A stretch of 64,000 nt of DNA from Bacillota bacterium. Lineage in GTDB: Bacteria > Bacillota > Dethiobacteria > DTU022 > UBA8154. Below the pieces are notes generated by a model that worked only from the letters and a program-made list of their open reading frames with translations, did no database searches and was not told the origin of the DNA. Of the stretch, positions 42,628 through 53,476 are shown one piece after another (positions within the stretch are counted from its first letter, which is position 1; each line of letters begins with the position of its first letter). Where the stretch lies: contig DUQX01000030.1 of the NCBI GenBank assembly GCA_012837615.1, forward strand, positions 6,722 through 70,721, written 5' to 3'. Position numbers and translations under genes: made by a program.

Positions 42628-42859
42628 CCGGGCTAAGTGATTATTTTAGCTTGGTAACTCTTATAGAGTATCAAAAAGATTCTAGCTTGCATTTTTTTAA
42701 AGGATGCTGGCCTTTGGTCAAAGCATCCTTTAAAATATCCGTAATTGAGAAAAAATAATGCTCGACATCTCTTAATGAACATCTCTTAATGGATGATAAT
42801 ATGTACAATCTCTTCAGAGCACATCATTAATAATTCATTGGAAGGCAAAAATTAAGTGC

Positions 42860-42900
42860 AAAAAATAGATTATAAGGTGCCGGAAAGAAACCGGCACCTT
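42860..42900 (-). terminator. Intrinsic terminator of cysK
   Basis: AAGGTGCCGG-aaagaaa-CCGGCACCTT is a perfect 10-bp stem. On the minus strand it is followed by a U-run (plus-strand A-run at 42860-42866). Confidence 0.65.
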
Positions 42901-42943
42901 ATATAGCAGTTAGCATATTATCTTCTATCACCGGCCTCGAATA

Positions 42944-43891
42944 CTAAATTTCAATAAAGTCTTGCAGTATGCAGTTTTTATTTCTATGTTTACAGGGTTT
43001 GAGACAGTAGAGGGGGGTAGACATGTATTTTTCGCCGCTGTCGGGAATAATTGTAACAACAAGGCCTTTTTCAAGTTCATTTGCAACCAGTAAGGAAGCG
43101 TAAAAGGCGGCACCTGCGCTCATTCCGGAAAATATTCCTTCTTCCCTGGCTAATTTTTTTGCCATTTTAAAAGCGTCCTCATCGGATACATTTATTTTTT
43201 TATCAAGCAGGGATGGGTCGTATATTTCGGGCACTATAGCTTCTTCCATGTTTTTTAGACCTTGAATTTTATGGTCTTTGAAAGGTTCAACGCCGATGAT
43301 TTTTATATTGGGGTTTAATTCTTTGAATCGCTTGGAACATCCCATGAGGGTTCCTGTTGTACCCATCCCGGCAACAAAATGGGTAATTTTTCCCTCCGTC
43401 TGTTCCCAGATCTCCGGGGCAGTGGTTTCATAATGGGCAAGGGCGTTATTTACATTAGAGAATTGATCCGGCATGAAATAACGTTCAGGATATTTGGAGC
43501 AGAGCTCCCGCGCTTTTTCAATAGCCCCGTCCGTTCCTTTTTCGCCCGGAGTTAAAAGGATTTCCGCACCAAAAGCTTCCATCATTTTACGGCGTTCTTC
43601 ACTCATCCACTCGGACATGATAGCCAGCAAGCGGTATCCTTTTACCGCTGCTACCAGCGCCAGGCCGATGCCTGTATTGCCGCTGGTGGGTTCGAGGATA
43701 ATTTTATTCCTGGTCAATTGGCCTGATTTTTCGGCCATCGTAATCATATAAAGAGCGACCCTATCTTTTATGCTGCCTCCGGGATTGGTCCCTTCAAGTT
43801 TAACGGCCAATGTTACCCGGGGGTTAGGGTTGAGCTTGTTAATTTTGATCAGCGGTGTATGACCAATTGCATCCAGTAAGCTCTCCATCAT
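42944..43891 (-). CDS. cysK: Cysteine synthase A (O-acetylserine sulfhydrylase)
   Basis: 315 aa. PLP-binding Lys motif NPGGSIKDR and glycine loop GNTGIGLA. Confidence 0.93.
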   Translation of the reverse strand: MMESLLDAIGHTPLIKINKLNPNPRVTLAVKLEGTNPGGSIKDRVALYMITMAEKSGQLTRNKIILEPTSGNTGIGLALVAAVKGYRLLAIMSEWMSEERRKMMEAFGAEILLTPGEKGTDGAIEKARELCSKYPERYFMPDQFSNVNNALAHYETTAPEIWEQTEGKITHFVAGMGTTGTLMGCSKRFKELNPNIKIIGVEPFKDHKIQGLKNMEEAIVPEIYDPSLLDKKINVSDEDAFKMAKKLAREEGIFSGMSAGAAFYASLLVANELEKGLVVTIIPDSGEKYMSTPLYCLKPCKHRNKNCILQDFIEI

Positions 43892-44186
43892 CGAAAAACA
43901 CCCCCTGATTCACTCATGACACGAACATGCGCATCTTTTATCTTATTATATCATACCGGAAAGTATTTTTTAGGTTTTTTCCCGTCACAAATAAGATTTT
44001 ACTTATAGACTATAGTTTTCTGCTCTAGTAGAAACATATTCCTTTAGAAAAGAAAAATATTCCTTTGAATAATCCTTATTTCTTGATATAATAAGGTAAT
44101 ATTTTGGTAACATTTTATGGTAATATTATTTTTTGAGAGGAGGTTGCCTGTTTCGCCCGGTTTTTTGGCGGAAAAGGCGGAGTTAG

Positions 44187-44804
44187 TTGATATTTGAGAA
44201 ATTAGAAGTAGGAGCTTTTGCATCAAATTGTTACATTGTGGGTTGCCCACAGATAAAAGAGGGAGTTTTAATCGATCCAGGAGCCGAAGGAAAGATTATC
44301 ATCAGGCGCATTAATGAGCTGGGGCTGGATATTAAGTATATTATTAATACCCATGCTCATATAGATCATATCGGCGCGAACGAAGAAATAAAGGAGGCTT
44401 TTAATGCTCCCATACTGGTACATGAGGCTGAGGTTCCAATGTACCGTAGCCCCCAGGCTAGCCTGGCGCTTTTTAGCAACAAAAGCAAGATCGGCCTTCC
44501 CGATCGATCTTTAACTGAAGGGGATATCCTGGAAATAGGAACGTTAAAGATTAAAGTTATTGAAACTCCGGGGCACACCGCGGGTAGCATTACCCTCGAT
44601 ATAAACGGTGCCCTGTTTACTGGAGACACTCTTTTTAACACTTCCATAGGGCGAACCGACCTTCCGGGAGGTTCCTATCGTCAGATTATCCGCAGCATCA
44701 AGGAGAAAATATTAACCTATCCCGATGAGACAAAAGTATTTCCCGGTCACGGTCCGGTAACAACCGTTGGGGAGGAGCGGCGTTTTAACCCCTTCTTATC
44801 CTGA
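44187..44804 (+). CDS. MBL-fold metallo-hydrolase (glyoxalase-II-like)
   Basis: TTG start. THAHIDHIG is the HxHxDH motif. 205 aa. Confidence 0.8.
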   Translation: MIFEKLEVGAFASNCYIVGCPQIKEGVLIDPGAEGKIIIRRINELGLDIKYIINTHAHIDHIGANEEIKEAFNAPILVHEAEVPMYRSPQASLALFSNKSKIGLPDRSLTEGDILEIGTLKIKVIETPGHTAGSITLDINGALFTGDTLFNTSIGRTDLPGGSYRQIIRSIKEKILTYPDETKVFPGHGPVTTVGEERRFNPFLS

Positions 44805-44926
44805 AAAAACCCGGAAATAATTGAATAAAAATTTACGAGGGTAGTTTATTTTTATAGAGCAATTTGGTATAATTTCAATTGTGTACAACGCCCAGATCAT
44901 TGATTGGTTTGAAAGAGGTGGCTGCT

Positions 44927-45388
44927 GTGATAACAAATCCTGAAAGATTTATTATAGTATCGGCTGCAGCGGAGGCAAATTACGCTTTAACGGCATTTGA
45001 TAACGCATTACTCAAAGCAGGTATAGGAAACGTTAACCTGGTAAAGATTAGCAGTATCTTACCACCGGGATGCAGCGAGGAAGAAAATGGTATTTCCTTT
45101 CCTCCCGGCGCGTTTGTCCCCACAGCTTATGGGTCTATCTGCAGCGAAACTAAGGGAGAGCTTATCGCTGCTGCTGTCGGTATCGGTTTTTCCCAGGATA
45201 GCTTTGGTGTTATTATGGAGTTTTCCGGAAAATGCAGCGCTGAAGAAGCCAGGAACAACGTAGAAGCAATGATCAGGGAAGCTTTTCTCAATCGTCGACA
45301 GGCACTTAAAGATATGAAAATAAAGTGTGTGGAACACAGGGTTGAAAAGGCCGGCGCTGCTCTTGCAGCTGTTGCACTCTGGCGATGA
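44927..45388 (+). CDS. pdaD: Pyruvoyl-dependent arginine decarboxylase
   Basis: GTG 44927 follows AGAGGTGG. The track starts at 44879. PdaD fold with the self-cleavage site at NLVKISS-ILPPG. Confidence 0.85.
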   Translation: MITNPERFIIVSAAAEANYALTAFDNALLKAGIGNVNLVKISSILPPGCSEEENGISFPPGAFVPTAYGSICSETKGELIAAAVGIGFSQDSFGVIMEFSGKCSAEEARNNVEAMIREAFLNRRQALKDMKIKCVEHRVEKAGAALAAVALWR

Positions 45389-45472
45389 TAAGCATATTGT
45401 GTTCCCTATGGTAACATTATATCTGCAAGTTTAGGGTCAATTTTGAGGCAAGGTTGGTGACGGGTTTAAAAG

Positions 45473-46300
45473 ATGGAATTGTGGTTTACCGAAAAACAGA
45501 CCCCTAATTTAGGATTATCCTGTAAAGTGAAAGAGACGCTGTACCGGTGCAGAACAAAGTACCAGGAAATAGCAATAATTGATACCTTCCAGTACGGAAA
45601 AATGCTTGTTCTCGATGGTATGGTCCAAACCACGGTTTCAGATGAATTTGTATATCACGAGATGATTGCTCATATACCGATGAGGACCCATGCCCGTCCG
45701 CGAAATGCGCTTGTTATTGGAGGAGGGGACGGCGGGGCAGTACGTGAAATTCTAAAATATCCTGATGTACAAAAGGTTACGTTGGTAGAAATTGATGATC
45801 AGGTTATTGAGGCGGCTAAGCGCTTTTTGCCGGAAATCAGTTCTTCTTTGGAAGATTGCAGGGTAGATCTTCAGGTTGCTGATGGGATAGAATATGTCCG
45901 CTCTCTTGAAGATGCCTATGATATCATTATTGTAGATTCGACCGAACCGGTAGGCCCGGCGGCAGGGTTATTTGGTTCTTCTTTTTACGAGGGAGTTTTT
46001 AGAGCTTTAAAAAAAGATGGTATCCTGGTTGCGCAAACCGAGTCGCCCTTTATAAACGCCGAATTAATCAGAACGGTATTTCGCCGTATAAAAGCTGTTT
46101 TCCCTTACACGTACTTATATTTGGCTTCTGTCCCCACATATCCCAGCGGCCTTTGGAGTTTTACCCTGGGGTCAAAATTATATAACCCTCTACAGCCTGC
46201 CGGTAGCTGTGTTCCCGCAAACACCAAATATTATAATCCGGATATTCACATCAGCTCCTTCTCGCTTCCACATTTCGTTGGGGATTTGTTAAAAGATTAA
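45473..46300 (+). CDS. speE: Spermidine synthase
   Basis: 275 aa. VLVIGGGDGG and the VDSTEP/DGIL motifs. Confidence 0.93.
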   Translation: MELWFTEKQTPNLGLSCKVKETLYRCRTKYQEIAIIDTFQYGKMLVLDGMVQTTVSDEFVYHEMIAHIPMRTHARPRNALVIGGGDGGAVREILKYPDVQKVTLVEIDDQVIEAAKRFLPEISSSLEDCRVDLQVADGIEYVRSLEDAYDIIIVDSTEPVGPAAGLFGSSFYEGVFRALKKDGILVAQTESPFINAELIRTVFRRIKAVFPYTYLYLASVPTYPSGLWSFTLGSKLYNPLQPAGSCVPANTKYYNPDIHISSFSLPHFVGDLLKD

Positions 46301-46319
46301 TCGGTAAAAGAGGTATTTT

Positions 46320-47186
46320 ATGTCTTTTGAATATCCTCCTATGGAGAAAAACGGTTTTTTTATGTCCTCCGGAGAAGAATTGGATAAGGCTGGCGGCGTA
46401 ATACTGGGTGCACCGCTCGATGATACAGGATCATTCAGGCCGGGCACCCGCTTTGCTCCGTCATCCGTTAGGATGGTATCCAGGGCACTGGAAGAATTCA
46501 GTTTGAACCTGCGCAGGGATTTGCGCGATATTTACTTTTATGATGCCGGGGACTTTATTTTATTCCCCGGCAATACTGAAGCTTCGCTTGATATCATTGC
46601 CAGGGGGGTTTCCAGATTTATCAATAACGGAAAAAAACCTTTTATTATAGGGGGAGAACATACTGTTACCGTTGGTGCCGTGAAAGGATGTTTAAGCACA
46701 TATAAGGAACTAACCGTTATATTTATCGACGCCCATGCTGACATGCGACCCTCATACGGGGGGGTAACACATTCACATGCGTCAGTAGCTTATTTGCTCC
46801 AACAGTTGAACGGCGTAACAATCTATCAGTTTGGTGTACGCTCTGCTGACAGGAGCGAAATGGCTTTTGTGGACGGTGAAAAGGTGTTCAAGTTTGCTGT
46901 TTGGGAACCCTTAAAAGACATATTGCCGAAACTAAAAGGATCTCCCCTTTATCTTACAATTGATATGGATGTAGTTGATCCTGCTTTTGCACCGGGGGTT
47001 GCCGCTCCGGAGCCGGGAGGTATAACATCCGGGGAAATACTGAATATTTTTTCTTTACTGGGAGGCTTGAAGGAAGAGCTAATCGCTTTTGATCTGGTGG
47101 AGATATGTCCTCCATATGATTTTTCTCAGGTAACCGCCCTCCTCGGTGCAAAGATCATGCGTGAAGCCTTGCTTACTTTTTTATAA
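46320..47186 (+). CDS. speB: Agmatinase (arginase/ureohydrolase family)
   Basis: 288 aa. GGEHT, DAHADM and DMDVVDPAFAPG metal-binding motifs. Confidence 0.9.
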   Translation: MSFEYPPMEKNGFFMSSGEELDKAGGVILGAPLDDTGSFRPGTRFAPSSVRMVSRALEEFSLNLRRDLRDIYFYDAGDFILFPGNTEASLDIIARGVSRFINNGKKPFIIGGEHTVTVGAVKGCLSTYKELTVIFIDAHADMRPSYGGVTHSHASVAYLLQQLNGVTIYQFGVRSADRSEMAFVDGEKVFKFAVWEPLKDILPKLKGSPLYLTIDMDVVDPAFAPGVAAPEPGGITSGEILNIFSLLGGLKEELIAFDLVEICPPYDFSQVTALLGAKIMREALLTFL

Positions 47187-47232
47187 ACATTATATTAAAC
47201 ATTGTATTATTAAATAGAAGGAGTTGAAGGGG

Positions 47233-48846
47233 ATGGCTGCCAAGTACATTTTTATTACGGGAGGTGTTGTTTCTTCACTTGGAAAAGGTATAACAGCAGC
47301 TTCTTTAGGATGTCTTCTTAAAAGCCGTGGGTATAGCGTTACTATTCAGAAACTGGATCCCTATATTAATATTGATCCGGGTACAATGAGCCCTTTCCAG
47401 CATGGCGAGGTTTTTGTGACCGATGATGGGGCGGAAACAGATCTGGATCTGGGACATTACGAACGGTTTTTAGACTCTAATTTAACCCAGTATAATAATG
47501 TAACTACCGGTAAAATTTACTGGTCAGTAATTAATAAGGAGCGCTCTGGTGAATATTCAGGGAGCACTGTCCAGGTTATCCCTCATATAACCAATGAAAT
47601 AAAGGCAAGTATCAAGCGTGCCGCCGAGGATCCTCGGGTGGATGTAGTAATTACGGAAATAGGCGGTACCGTGGGGGATATCGAAAGCCTTCCTTTTTTG
47701 GAAGCCATACGCCAGATGAAGACAGACCTGGGAAAAGAAAATGTATGCTATATACATGTTACCTTGATACCTTTTTTGGAAGTTGCGGGAGAGCTAAAAA
47801 CGAAACCTACCCAGCATAGCGTAAAAGAGCTGCGCAGTCTAGGCATACAGCCGGATTTAATTGTCTGTCGGACGGAGCACTCTCTTACAAGCGATATCAG
47901 GGATAAAATCGCCCTTTTCTGCGATATTAAATCGCGGGAAGTTATTCAAAATAAAAATTCCTCCAATATCTACCGGGTTCCATTAATCCTTCAGCAGGAA
48001 GGGCTGGACAAAATTGTTTTGGAAAAGTTGGGGCTGCCGTTGCGGGAAGCGCATTTAGAGGAATGGGAGCAACTGGCGGAAAAGATCGATAACCTTGAAG
48101 AAAAGATTACCATAGCCCTGGTGGGTAAATATACCGCTCTCAGGGATGCTTATCTCAGTGTGACGGAGGCTCTTGATCATGCCGGTATTCATAACAATAC
48201 CGGGGTGGAGATACGCTGGATTGGAGCGGAACAGATTGAAAAAGTTGCCTGGCATGAGAAGAAGGCTCTTTTTAAAGATGTTCAAGGGATTATTATCCCC
48301 GGGGGGTTCGGAGGCCGGGGCATTGAAGGTACGATCGAGGCTGTGCGTTTTGCCCGTGAAAAAGGCATACCTTTTTTGGGACTTTGCCTGGGTTTGCATT
48401 GTTCCGTAATAGAAGTGGCAAGAAATGTATGTGGCATGAAAGGTGCCAACTCTACGGAGTTTGATCCGCATACTCCTTTTCCCGTAATAGATTTATTGCC
48501 GGGGCAAAAAGAGACTTCGGCCAGGGCTGGCACTATGAGGCTCGGCCTTTATCCCTGCAAAATCTTAACTCCCAGTAAGGCCAGTAAGGCCTATGGTCAA
48601 GAAACAATCTATGAAAGACACCGCCATCGTTATGAATTAAATAATCTGTTCAGGGATGAGCTTCAAAATGCCGGTTTTATTTTCAGCGGCATTTCCCCGG
48701 ACAATAGACTGGTTGAAATAGTTGAGCTGAAAAATCATCCATGGTTCGTTGCCTGCCAATTTCACCCCGAATTTAAGTCCCGACCAAATAATCCTCATCC
48801 GCTATTCAAAGAATTTGTGAGCATATCCCTTCAGCAAAAACAATAA
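47233..48846 (+). CDS. pyrG: CTP synthase
   Basis: ATG 47233 sits 10 nt after AAGGAG. The track starts at TTG 47224. N-terminus [18 protein letters not shown]-terminal glutamine amidotransferase domain with GLCLG. Confidence 0.96.
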   Translation: MAAKYIFITGGVVSSLGKGITAASLGCLLKSRGYSVTIQKLDPYINIDPGTMSPFQHGEVFVTDDGAETDLDLGHYERFLDSNLTQYNNVTTGKIYWSVINKERSGEYSGSTVQVIPHITNEIKASIKRAAEDPRVDVVITEIGGTVGDIESLPFLEAIRQMKTDLGKENVCYIHVTLIPFLEVAGELKTKPTQHSVKELRSLGIQPDLIVCRTEHSLTSDIRDKIALFCDIKSREVIQNKNSSNIYRVPLILQQEGLDKIVLEKLGLPLREAHLEEWEQLAEKIDNLEEKITIALVGKYTALRDAYLSVTEALDHAGIHNNTGVEIRWIGAEQIEKVAWHEKKALFKDVQGIIIPGGFGGRGIEGTIEAVRFAREKGIPFLGLCLGLHCSVIEVARNVCGMKGANSTEFDPHTPFPVIDLLPGQKETSARAGTMRLGLYPCKILTPSKASKAYGQETIYERHRHRYELNNLFRDELQNAGFIFSGISPDNRLVEIVELKNHPWFVACQFHPEFKSRPNNPHPLFKEFVSISLQQKQ

Positions 48847-49019
48847 AAATTGGTATTAGTACTTTTTCTATCCAATAATCCTGCAGGAATGATTTTTCAA
48901 AAGGAGAAATAATATATTACTAAGTTAAAACAAAAGAATTATTTTGCGGGCAGTTTAACTATAAAGAAAGACAAAAGAAAGCTTGTAAGAGGAATTTTTT
49001 TTGCCGGAGAGGAGAAATT

Positions 49020-49697
49020 ATGTTTAAAGAACTGCTCGAGGATTTTTTTTATATATTATTATTTAATTTTAGGAAAAGGGTAGCGCACTTAATTCAAAAC
49101 AGGAATATATGGCATGGACTCCTTATTTATCAGATCATAAACATGTTGTTTTTGCCGGCAGCGATTAATTTTGCCGGAGATAAGTGGAAGGCGGGCTCTT
49201 TAATAACACTTCCGTATTTCATCCCAGATTTTCCCCCTGAAGCAATAACAAGTATGATTCATTTTTTACCCTTAACAGTCCTGTTGCTTAATTTGGTTTT
49301 TGGCCCTCTCTGTTTTTTTCTTTTAGTAGCAATTTTAAACTTTACAGCGGTGTTGTTTGGCGGTGGGAACGGCTTGAACAGGTTAGGGGCGGTATTGGGA
49401 TATGGACATTTCCCGTTTTTATTTGCTACGGCAGGAATAATATTAACGCATTGCAGTTTCCCCAATGTAACCGGTATGCTGATACTGCTTGCCTTTTTAT
49501 GGTCTTTAAGCTTAAAGATAGTAGGTTTAAAGCAGGTCTACAGTTTTTCATGGTGGATGGCAGTGCTGGTTTATTTCATGCCGGCTATCAGCTTTTTAGT
49601 TGCAATTGTTCTTTTTTTGCTCCTCGCTATAGTTTTTCTCATTCCGCTGATAATGCAGTCAACGGATGTATCTTCGTTATTATTTATTTATGTATGA
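49020..49697 (+). CDS. Multi-pass membrane protein of unknown function (possibly Yip1-like)
   Basis: 225 aa. RBS GGAGAGGAG. Five or six hydrophobic helices and no catalytic motif. Confidence 0.55.
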   Translation: MFKELLEDFFYILLFNFRKRVAHLIQNRNIWHGLLIYQIINMLFLPAAINFAGDKWKAGSLITLPYFIPDFPPEAITSMIHFLPLTVLLLNLVFGPLCFFLLVAILNFTAVLFGGGNGLNRLGAVLGYGHFPFLFATAGIILTHCSFPNVTGMLILLAFLWSLSLKIVGLKQVYSFSWWMAVLVYFMPAISFLVAIVLFLLLAIVFLIPLIMQSTDVSSLLFIYV

Positions 49698-49739
49698 ACC
49701 GCAAAAAAGCAAGTTTACAATTAAGAAAGGGGAATTGGA

Positions 49740-50594
49740 ATGAAGCTTGTAACGTTGAGGGATATTTTGGGTAAAGCCGAAAAAGGCGGATATGCAGTGG
49801 GGGCTTTTAACGCAAATAACATGGAGATTGTACAGGCTATTATCGAATCAGCCGTAGAGGAGCGCTCCCCGGTAATTATCCAAGCCAGTCAGGGTGCAAT
49901 TAAGTATGCCGGCCTGGATTTTATTGTTTCCATGGTAATGACCGCCGCTGAAAGCGCCGATGTGCCCGTTGTATTGCATCTGGATCACGGTACTGATTTT
50001 AGCCAGGTAATGCGCTGTATCCGTCATGGATTTAGTTCGGTAATGTATGACGGTTCCAGGCTTCCTTTGAACGAAAATATCTCTATCACCAAAAAGGTGG
50101 TTGAAGTTGCCAGGGCGGTAGGCGTCTCCGTGGAGGCAGAACTCGGAAAAATCGGAGGGACTGAGGATGATGTCTCCGTTGATGAACGAGATGCGCTTTT
50201 TACCGATCCTCAGGAAGCGAAAATCTTTGTCGAGGAAACCGGTGTTGATGCCCTGGCCGTAGCTATTGGTACCGCGCACGGTGTTTATAAGGGTGAGCCA
50301 AAACTGGATTTCCCGCGTTTAAGAAAGATTAAAGAGCTTACGGATGTTCCCATTGTAATGCACGGTTCATCCGGGGTTCCTGACGCAGCCATCCGGCAGG
50401 CTGTGGAGCTCGGAGTAAGCAAAATAAACATAGACACGGATATCCGGCAGGCATTTGTGAGGAGCGCTGTTGCTTATATGAAGGAAAATCCTGACAATAT
50501 CGATCCCCGCAAAATACTTGCTCCCGCAAAAGAGAGCGCAAAAAAAATTATCAGGGAAAAAATGCGCCTTTTTGGCAGTTCCGGCAAAGCCTGA
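49740..50594 (+). CDS. fba: Class II fructose-bisphosphate aldolase
   Basis: 284 aa. GGYAVGAFN...HLDHG zinc-binding motif. Confidence 0.93.
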   Translation: MKLVTLRDILGKAEKGGYAVGAFNANNMEIVQAIIESAVEERSPVIIQASQGAIKYAGLDFIVSMVMTAAESADVPVVLHLDHGTDFSQVMRCIRHGFSSVMYDGSRLPLNENISITKKVVEVARAVGVSVEAELGKIGGTEDDVSVDERDALFTDPQEAKIFVEETGVDALAVAIGTAHGVYKGEPKLDFPRLRKIKELTDVPIVMHGSSGVPDAAIRQAVELGVSKINIDTDIRQAFVRSAVAYMKENPDNIDPRKILAPAKESAKKIIREKMRLFGSSGKA

Positions 50595-50621
50595 TTAAAA
50601 TCCTTAATGTGGAGAGGAAAG

Positions 50622-51290
50622 ATGATGCAAATTTATCTTGATTCGGCAAACCTTGAGGAAATCGAGGAAGCTCTTTCCTGGGGGGTGATCAGCGGTATCA
50701 CAACAAACCCTACCTTAATGGCGAAAGAGACGGGGGAATCGGCGCCTCTGGTAGAAAAGATTTGCAGGATGCTCGGGAAAAATCCGGTAAGCGTTGAAGT
50801 TTTAAGTACAGCGGCGGAAGATATGGTAAAAGAAGCGAAAAGAATTGCCAATTTATCTTCCAATATAGTGATTAAAATTCCGATGGGCATTGAAGGTCTC
50901 AAGGCCGTTTATCAGTTAAGTCAGGGCGGGAAAGGAATTAAGTGTAATGTTACGCTTGTTTTTTCAGTGAATCAAGCTATCCTTGCTGCACGGGCCGGAG
51001 CTGCGTACGTCAGTCCTTTTGTCGGAAGGCTGGATGATATAGGCTGGGATGGCGTCGGGCTTGTAAAAGAGATGGCGGATATCTTTGCGAAACATAAAAT
51101 CGGCGCAGCCATTATTGCAGCCAGTATCCGCCATCCCCGTCACGTTCGCGAAGTAGCAGCGGCAGGGGCGCATATTGCTACTGTTCCCTTTTCCGTTTTA
51201 AAGCAGATGGTTAACCATCCGCTAACGGATCTTGGAGTAGAGCGTTTTTTACGTGATTGGGCACAAGCCCGCCCCGAAGAAGTATTCTAA
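50622..51290 (+). CDS. tal: Transaldolase (Fsa/TalC subfamily)
   Basis: [20 protein letters not shown], and Schiff-base Lys in VIKIP. Confidence 0.88.
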   Translation: MMQIYLDSANLEEIEEALSWGVISGITTNPTLMAKETGESAPLVEKICRMLGKNPVSVEVLSTAAEDMVKEAKRIANLSSNIVIKIPMGIEGLKAVYQLSQGGKGIKCNVTLVFSVNQAILAARAGAAYVSPFVGRLDDIGWDGVGLVKEMADIFAKHKIGAAIIAASIRHPRHVREVAAAGAHIATVPFSVLKQMVNHPLTDLGVERFLRDWAQARPEEVF

Positions 51291-51346
51291 TTTTCGGATT
51301 ACACTGATAGCTTTTAACGGCTAATAATTAAGGGAGGAGGTAGCTT

Positions 51347-52339
51347 ATGGAACGGGAGCTGGCTTTGGAGTTTGTGCGTGTAACAGAGGCGGCAGCTCTG
51401 GCTACAGGCCGGTTTATGGGCCGTGGGGACAAAATTGCTGCTGACAAAGCGGCCGTTGAAGCCATGCGCATGGCCTTTGATACGGTCTATGTCGATGGAG
51501 TGGTGGTTATCGGGGAAGGGGAGATGGATGAAGCTCCTATGCTTTATATAGGTGAAAAGGTAGGCGCGGGTACTCCTCCTCAGGTTGATGTGGCGGTGGA
51601 TCCCCTGGAGGGAACCAATCTTGTAGCAAAAGGCCTTCCAAATGCTCTGGCAGTTCTGGCTGTTGCTCCGCGGGGCGGCCTGCTTCACGCCCCTGATTTA
51701 TATATGGACAAAATTGCCGTAGGCCCAAGAGCGAAAGGCTGTATCAATCTTGACGCGTCTGTGGAGGAAAATGTCAAGCAGGTAGCGAAGGCATTGAATA
51801 AACGCGTGGAAGATATCGTTGCCATTATTCTGGACCGCCCACGACATGAATCCGTGATCAGCGAGCTGCGCCGCCTGGGTGCCCGGGTTAAGCTAATTTC
51901 TGATGGTGATGTATCTGCCGCGATAGCAACTGCTTTTGAGAGGACAGGCGTGGATATCTTATTTGGCATTGGCGGTGCTCCTGAAGGGGTTCTGGCTGCA
52001 GCAGCTCTAAAGTGCCTGGGCGGAGAGATCCAGGGAAGACTTATTCCGGAGGATGATGAGGATAGAGACAGAATAATCAGTATGGGTTTAAAAGAACCGG
52101 AACAGTTGCTCTTAATGGATGATTTAGTTAAAGAAGATGACGTTATTTTTGCCGCAAGCGGCATTACGGATGGGGATTTTCTCCAGGGAGTGAGGTATTC
52201 CGGAAATACAGCTACAACACATTCGATTGTGATGAGAAGTATAACCGGGACGGTCCGTTTTATTAAAGCAGCGCACCGCTTGGATCTCAAACCTCATTAT
52301 ATTGCCAGAGGGTTTTCTGCTAACCAGGAGGGCCGTTAG
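51347..52339 (+). CDS. glpX: Fructose-1,6-bisphosphatase class II
   Basis: 330 aa. [19 protein letters not shown]...DPLEGT. Confidence 0.93.
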   Translation: MERELALEFVRVTEAAALATGRFMGRGDKIAADKAAVEAMRMAFDTVYVDGVVVIGEGEMDEAPMLYIGEKVGAGTPPQVDVAVDPLEGTNLVAKGLPNALAVLAVAPRGGLLHAPDLYMDKIAVGPRAKGCINLDASVEENVKQVAKALNKRVEDIVAIILDRPRHESVISELRRLGARVKLISDGDVSAAIATAFERTGVDILFGIGGAPEGVLAAAALKCLGGEIQGRLIPEDDEDRDRIISMGLKEPEQLLLMDDLVKEDDVIFAASGITDGDFLQGVRYSGNTATTHSIVMRSITGTVRFIKAAHRLDLKPHYIARGFSANQEGR

Positions 52340-52403
52340 GGACATCTTACTGTAGTTTTCTAGATCACAAGGGGAGGTGTTATAGCCTGGTGTCGCGGGA
52401 GTA

Positions 52404-53441
52404 ATGAGTTGGCGGAAACTGGGTATAATATTGAATATATGGTTGATTTTCTTGATTGATACAGTAATGATTGTTGTTGCCGGTACGCAATTAGCGAAAA
52501 ACGCCGAAAAGATCTCAACAGGGCTGGGATTAAGCAGCGCCTGGGCGGGGATTTTTCTCTTGTCGGTTTCCACTTCCTTGCCCGAACTGGTTGTTACAAG
52601 CAGAGCTGTCTTAATTAATGCTCCCGATCTTGCCGGGGGAAATATTTACGGAAGCGTCATTTTTAACCTCACCATTATTGCTCTAATCGATCTTTTGCAA
52701 GGCAGGGGGCCGCTTAAAGCCCGGCGTAAAAGAAGCCTTATTTTAACCGCCCTTCTTAGTATTACTATTATTATTTTTTCAATGTTCGGCATCCTCCTGG
52801 CTTTACCCTATAGGGTGGGTTGGGTAGGCGTTGATAGTATCGCACTGGTTCTGGTTTACTTTCTAGGCTCGGGGATGATTACAAAACTGGAGCGTAAAAA
52901 AATCCATGTTGAGCCTGGCACAGAAAACGAAGATACAGCTGACAAGGATAGGCTGAAAAAAAAGCACCGCAGGGAAATGTTGTACAGCCTGGGGATTTTC
53001 GCGGCAGCTTCGGTGGTTATTCTCCTGGCAGGTACCAGCTTGACCGACACAGTCGATCGGATTTCCCTGGAAACCGGCCTTAGCAGCACGCTGGCGGGTT
53101 CCTTATTTGCCGGTGTGGTTACTTCCCTTCCAGAATTGGTGTCATCGGTAGCCGCCGTGCGTTTAGGATTTGTAGACATGGCCATTGCCAATGTTTTGGG
53201 TTCTAACTTTTTTAATATTTTGCTCCTCTTTTTTGCTGATTTATTCTACGTTAAGGGTCTCCTGTTCACAAATTTATCCTCCCAAAACCTTATTGTTGCG
53301 TTAATGAGTATCCTTTTAACGATTGTAGTCCTACTTAGTTTTATATATCCCCTGCGGAGGGATTTTCTCCGCATGGGTTTATCGTCCTATATAATTATCA
53401 TCGGTTATCTTTTTACTATTATCTTACTTTTTTACAATTAA
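52404..53441 (+). CDS. Ca2+/Na+ antiporter, CaCA family (YrbG-like)
   Basis: 345 aa. Two alpha-repeats of 5 TM segments each, GSNFFNILL. Confidence 0.85.
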   Translation: MSWRKLGIILNIWLIFLIDTVMIVVAGTQLAKNAEKISTGLGLSSAWAGIFLLSVSTSLPELVVTSRAVLINAPDLAGGNIYGSVIFNLTIIALIDLLQGRGPLKARRKRSLILTALLSITIIIFSMFGILLALPYRVGWVGVDSIALVLVYFLGSGMITKLERKKIHVEPGTENEDTADKDRLKKKHRREMLYSLGIFAAASVVILLAGTSLTDTVDRISLETGLSSTLAGSLFAGVVTSLPELVSSVAAVRLGFVDMAIANVLGSNFFNILLLFFADLFYVKGLLFTNLSSQNLIVALMSILLTIVVLLSFIYPLRRDFLRMGLSSYIIIIGYLFTIILLFYN

Positions 53442-53476
53442 CATAATAATAAAGCTTAAGAAAGAGAGAGTAGGTT

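Noticed and set aside
42694-42734. Perfect 14-bp-stem palindrome TTTTAAAGGATGCT...AGCATCCTTTAAAA downstream of the thiolase gene
   Set aside because: It lacks a proper U-tract on either strand, so it is not called as a terminator. It may be a weak bidirectional terminator or simply a stem-loop. The adjacent hairpin at 42874-42900 is the better cysK terminator.
51685-52573. Long antisense ORFs (201 aa at 51685-52290, 149 aa at 52124-52573) opposite glpX and the antiporter gene
   Set aside because: They mirror the codon structure of conserved genes. The proteins are low-complexity (Ser/Ala/Pro-rich) with no motifs.
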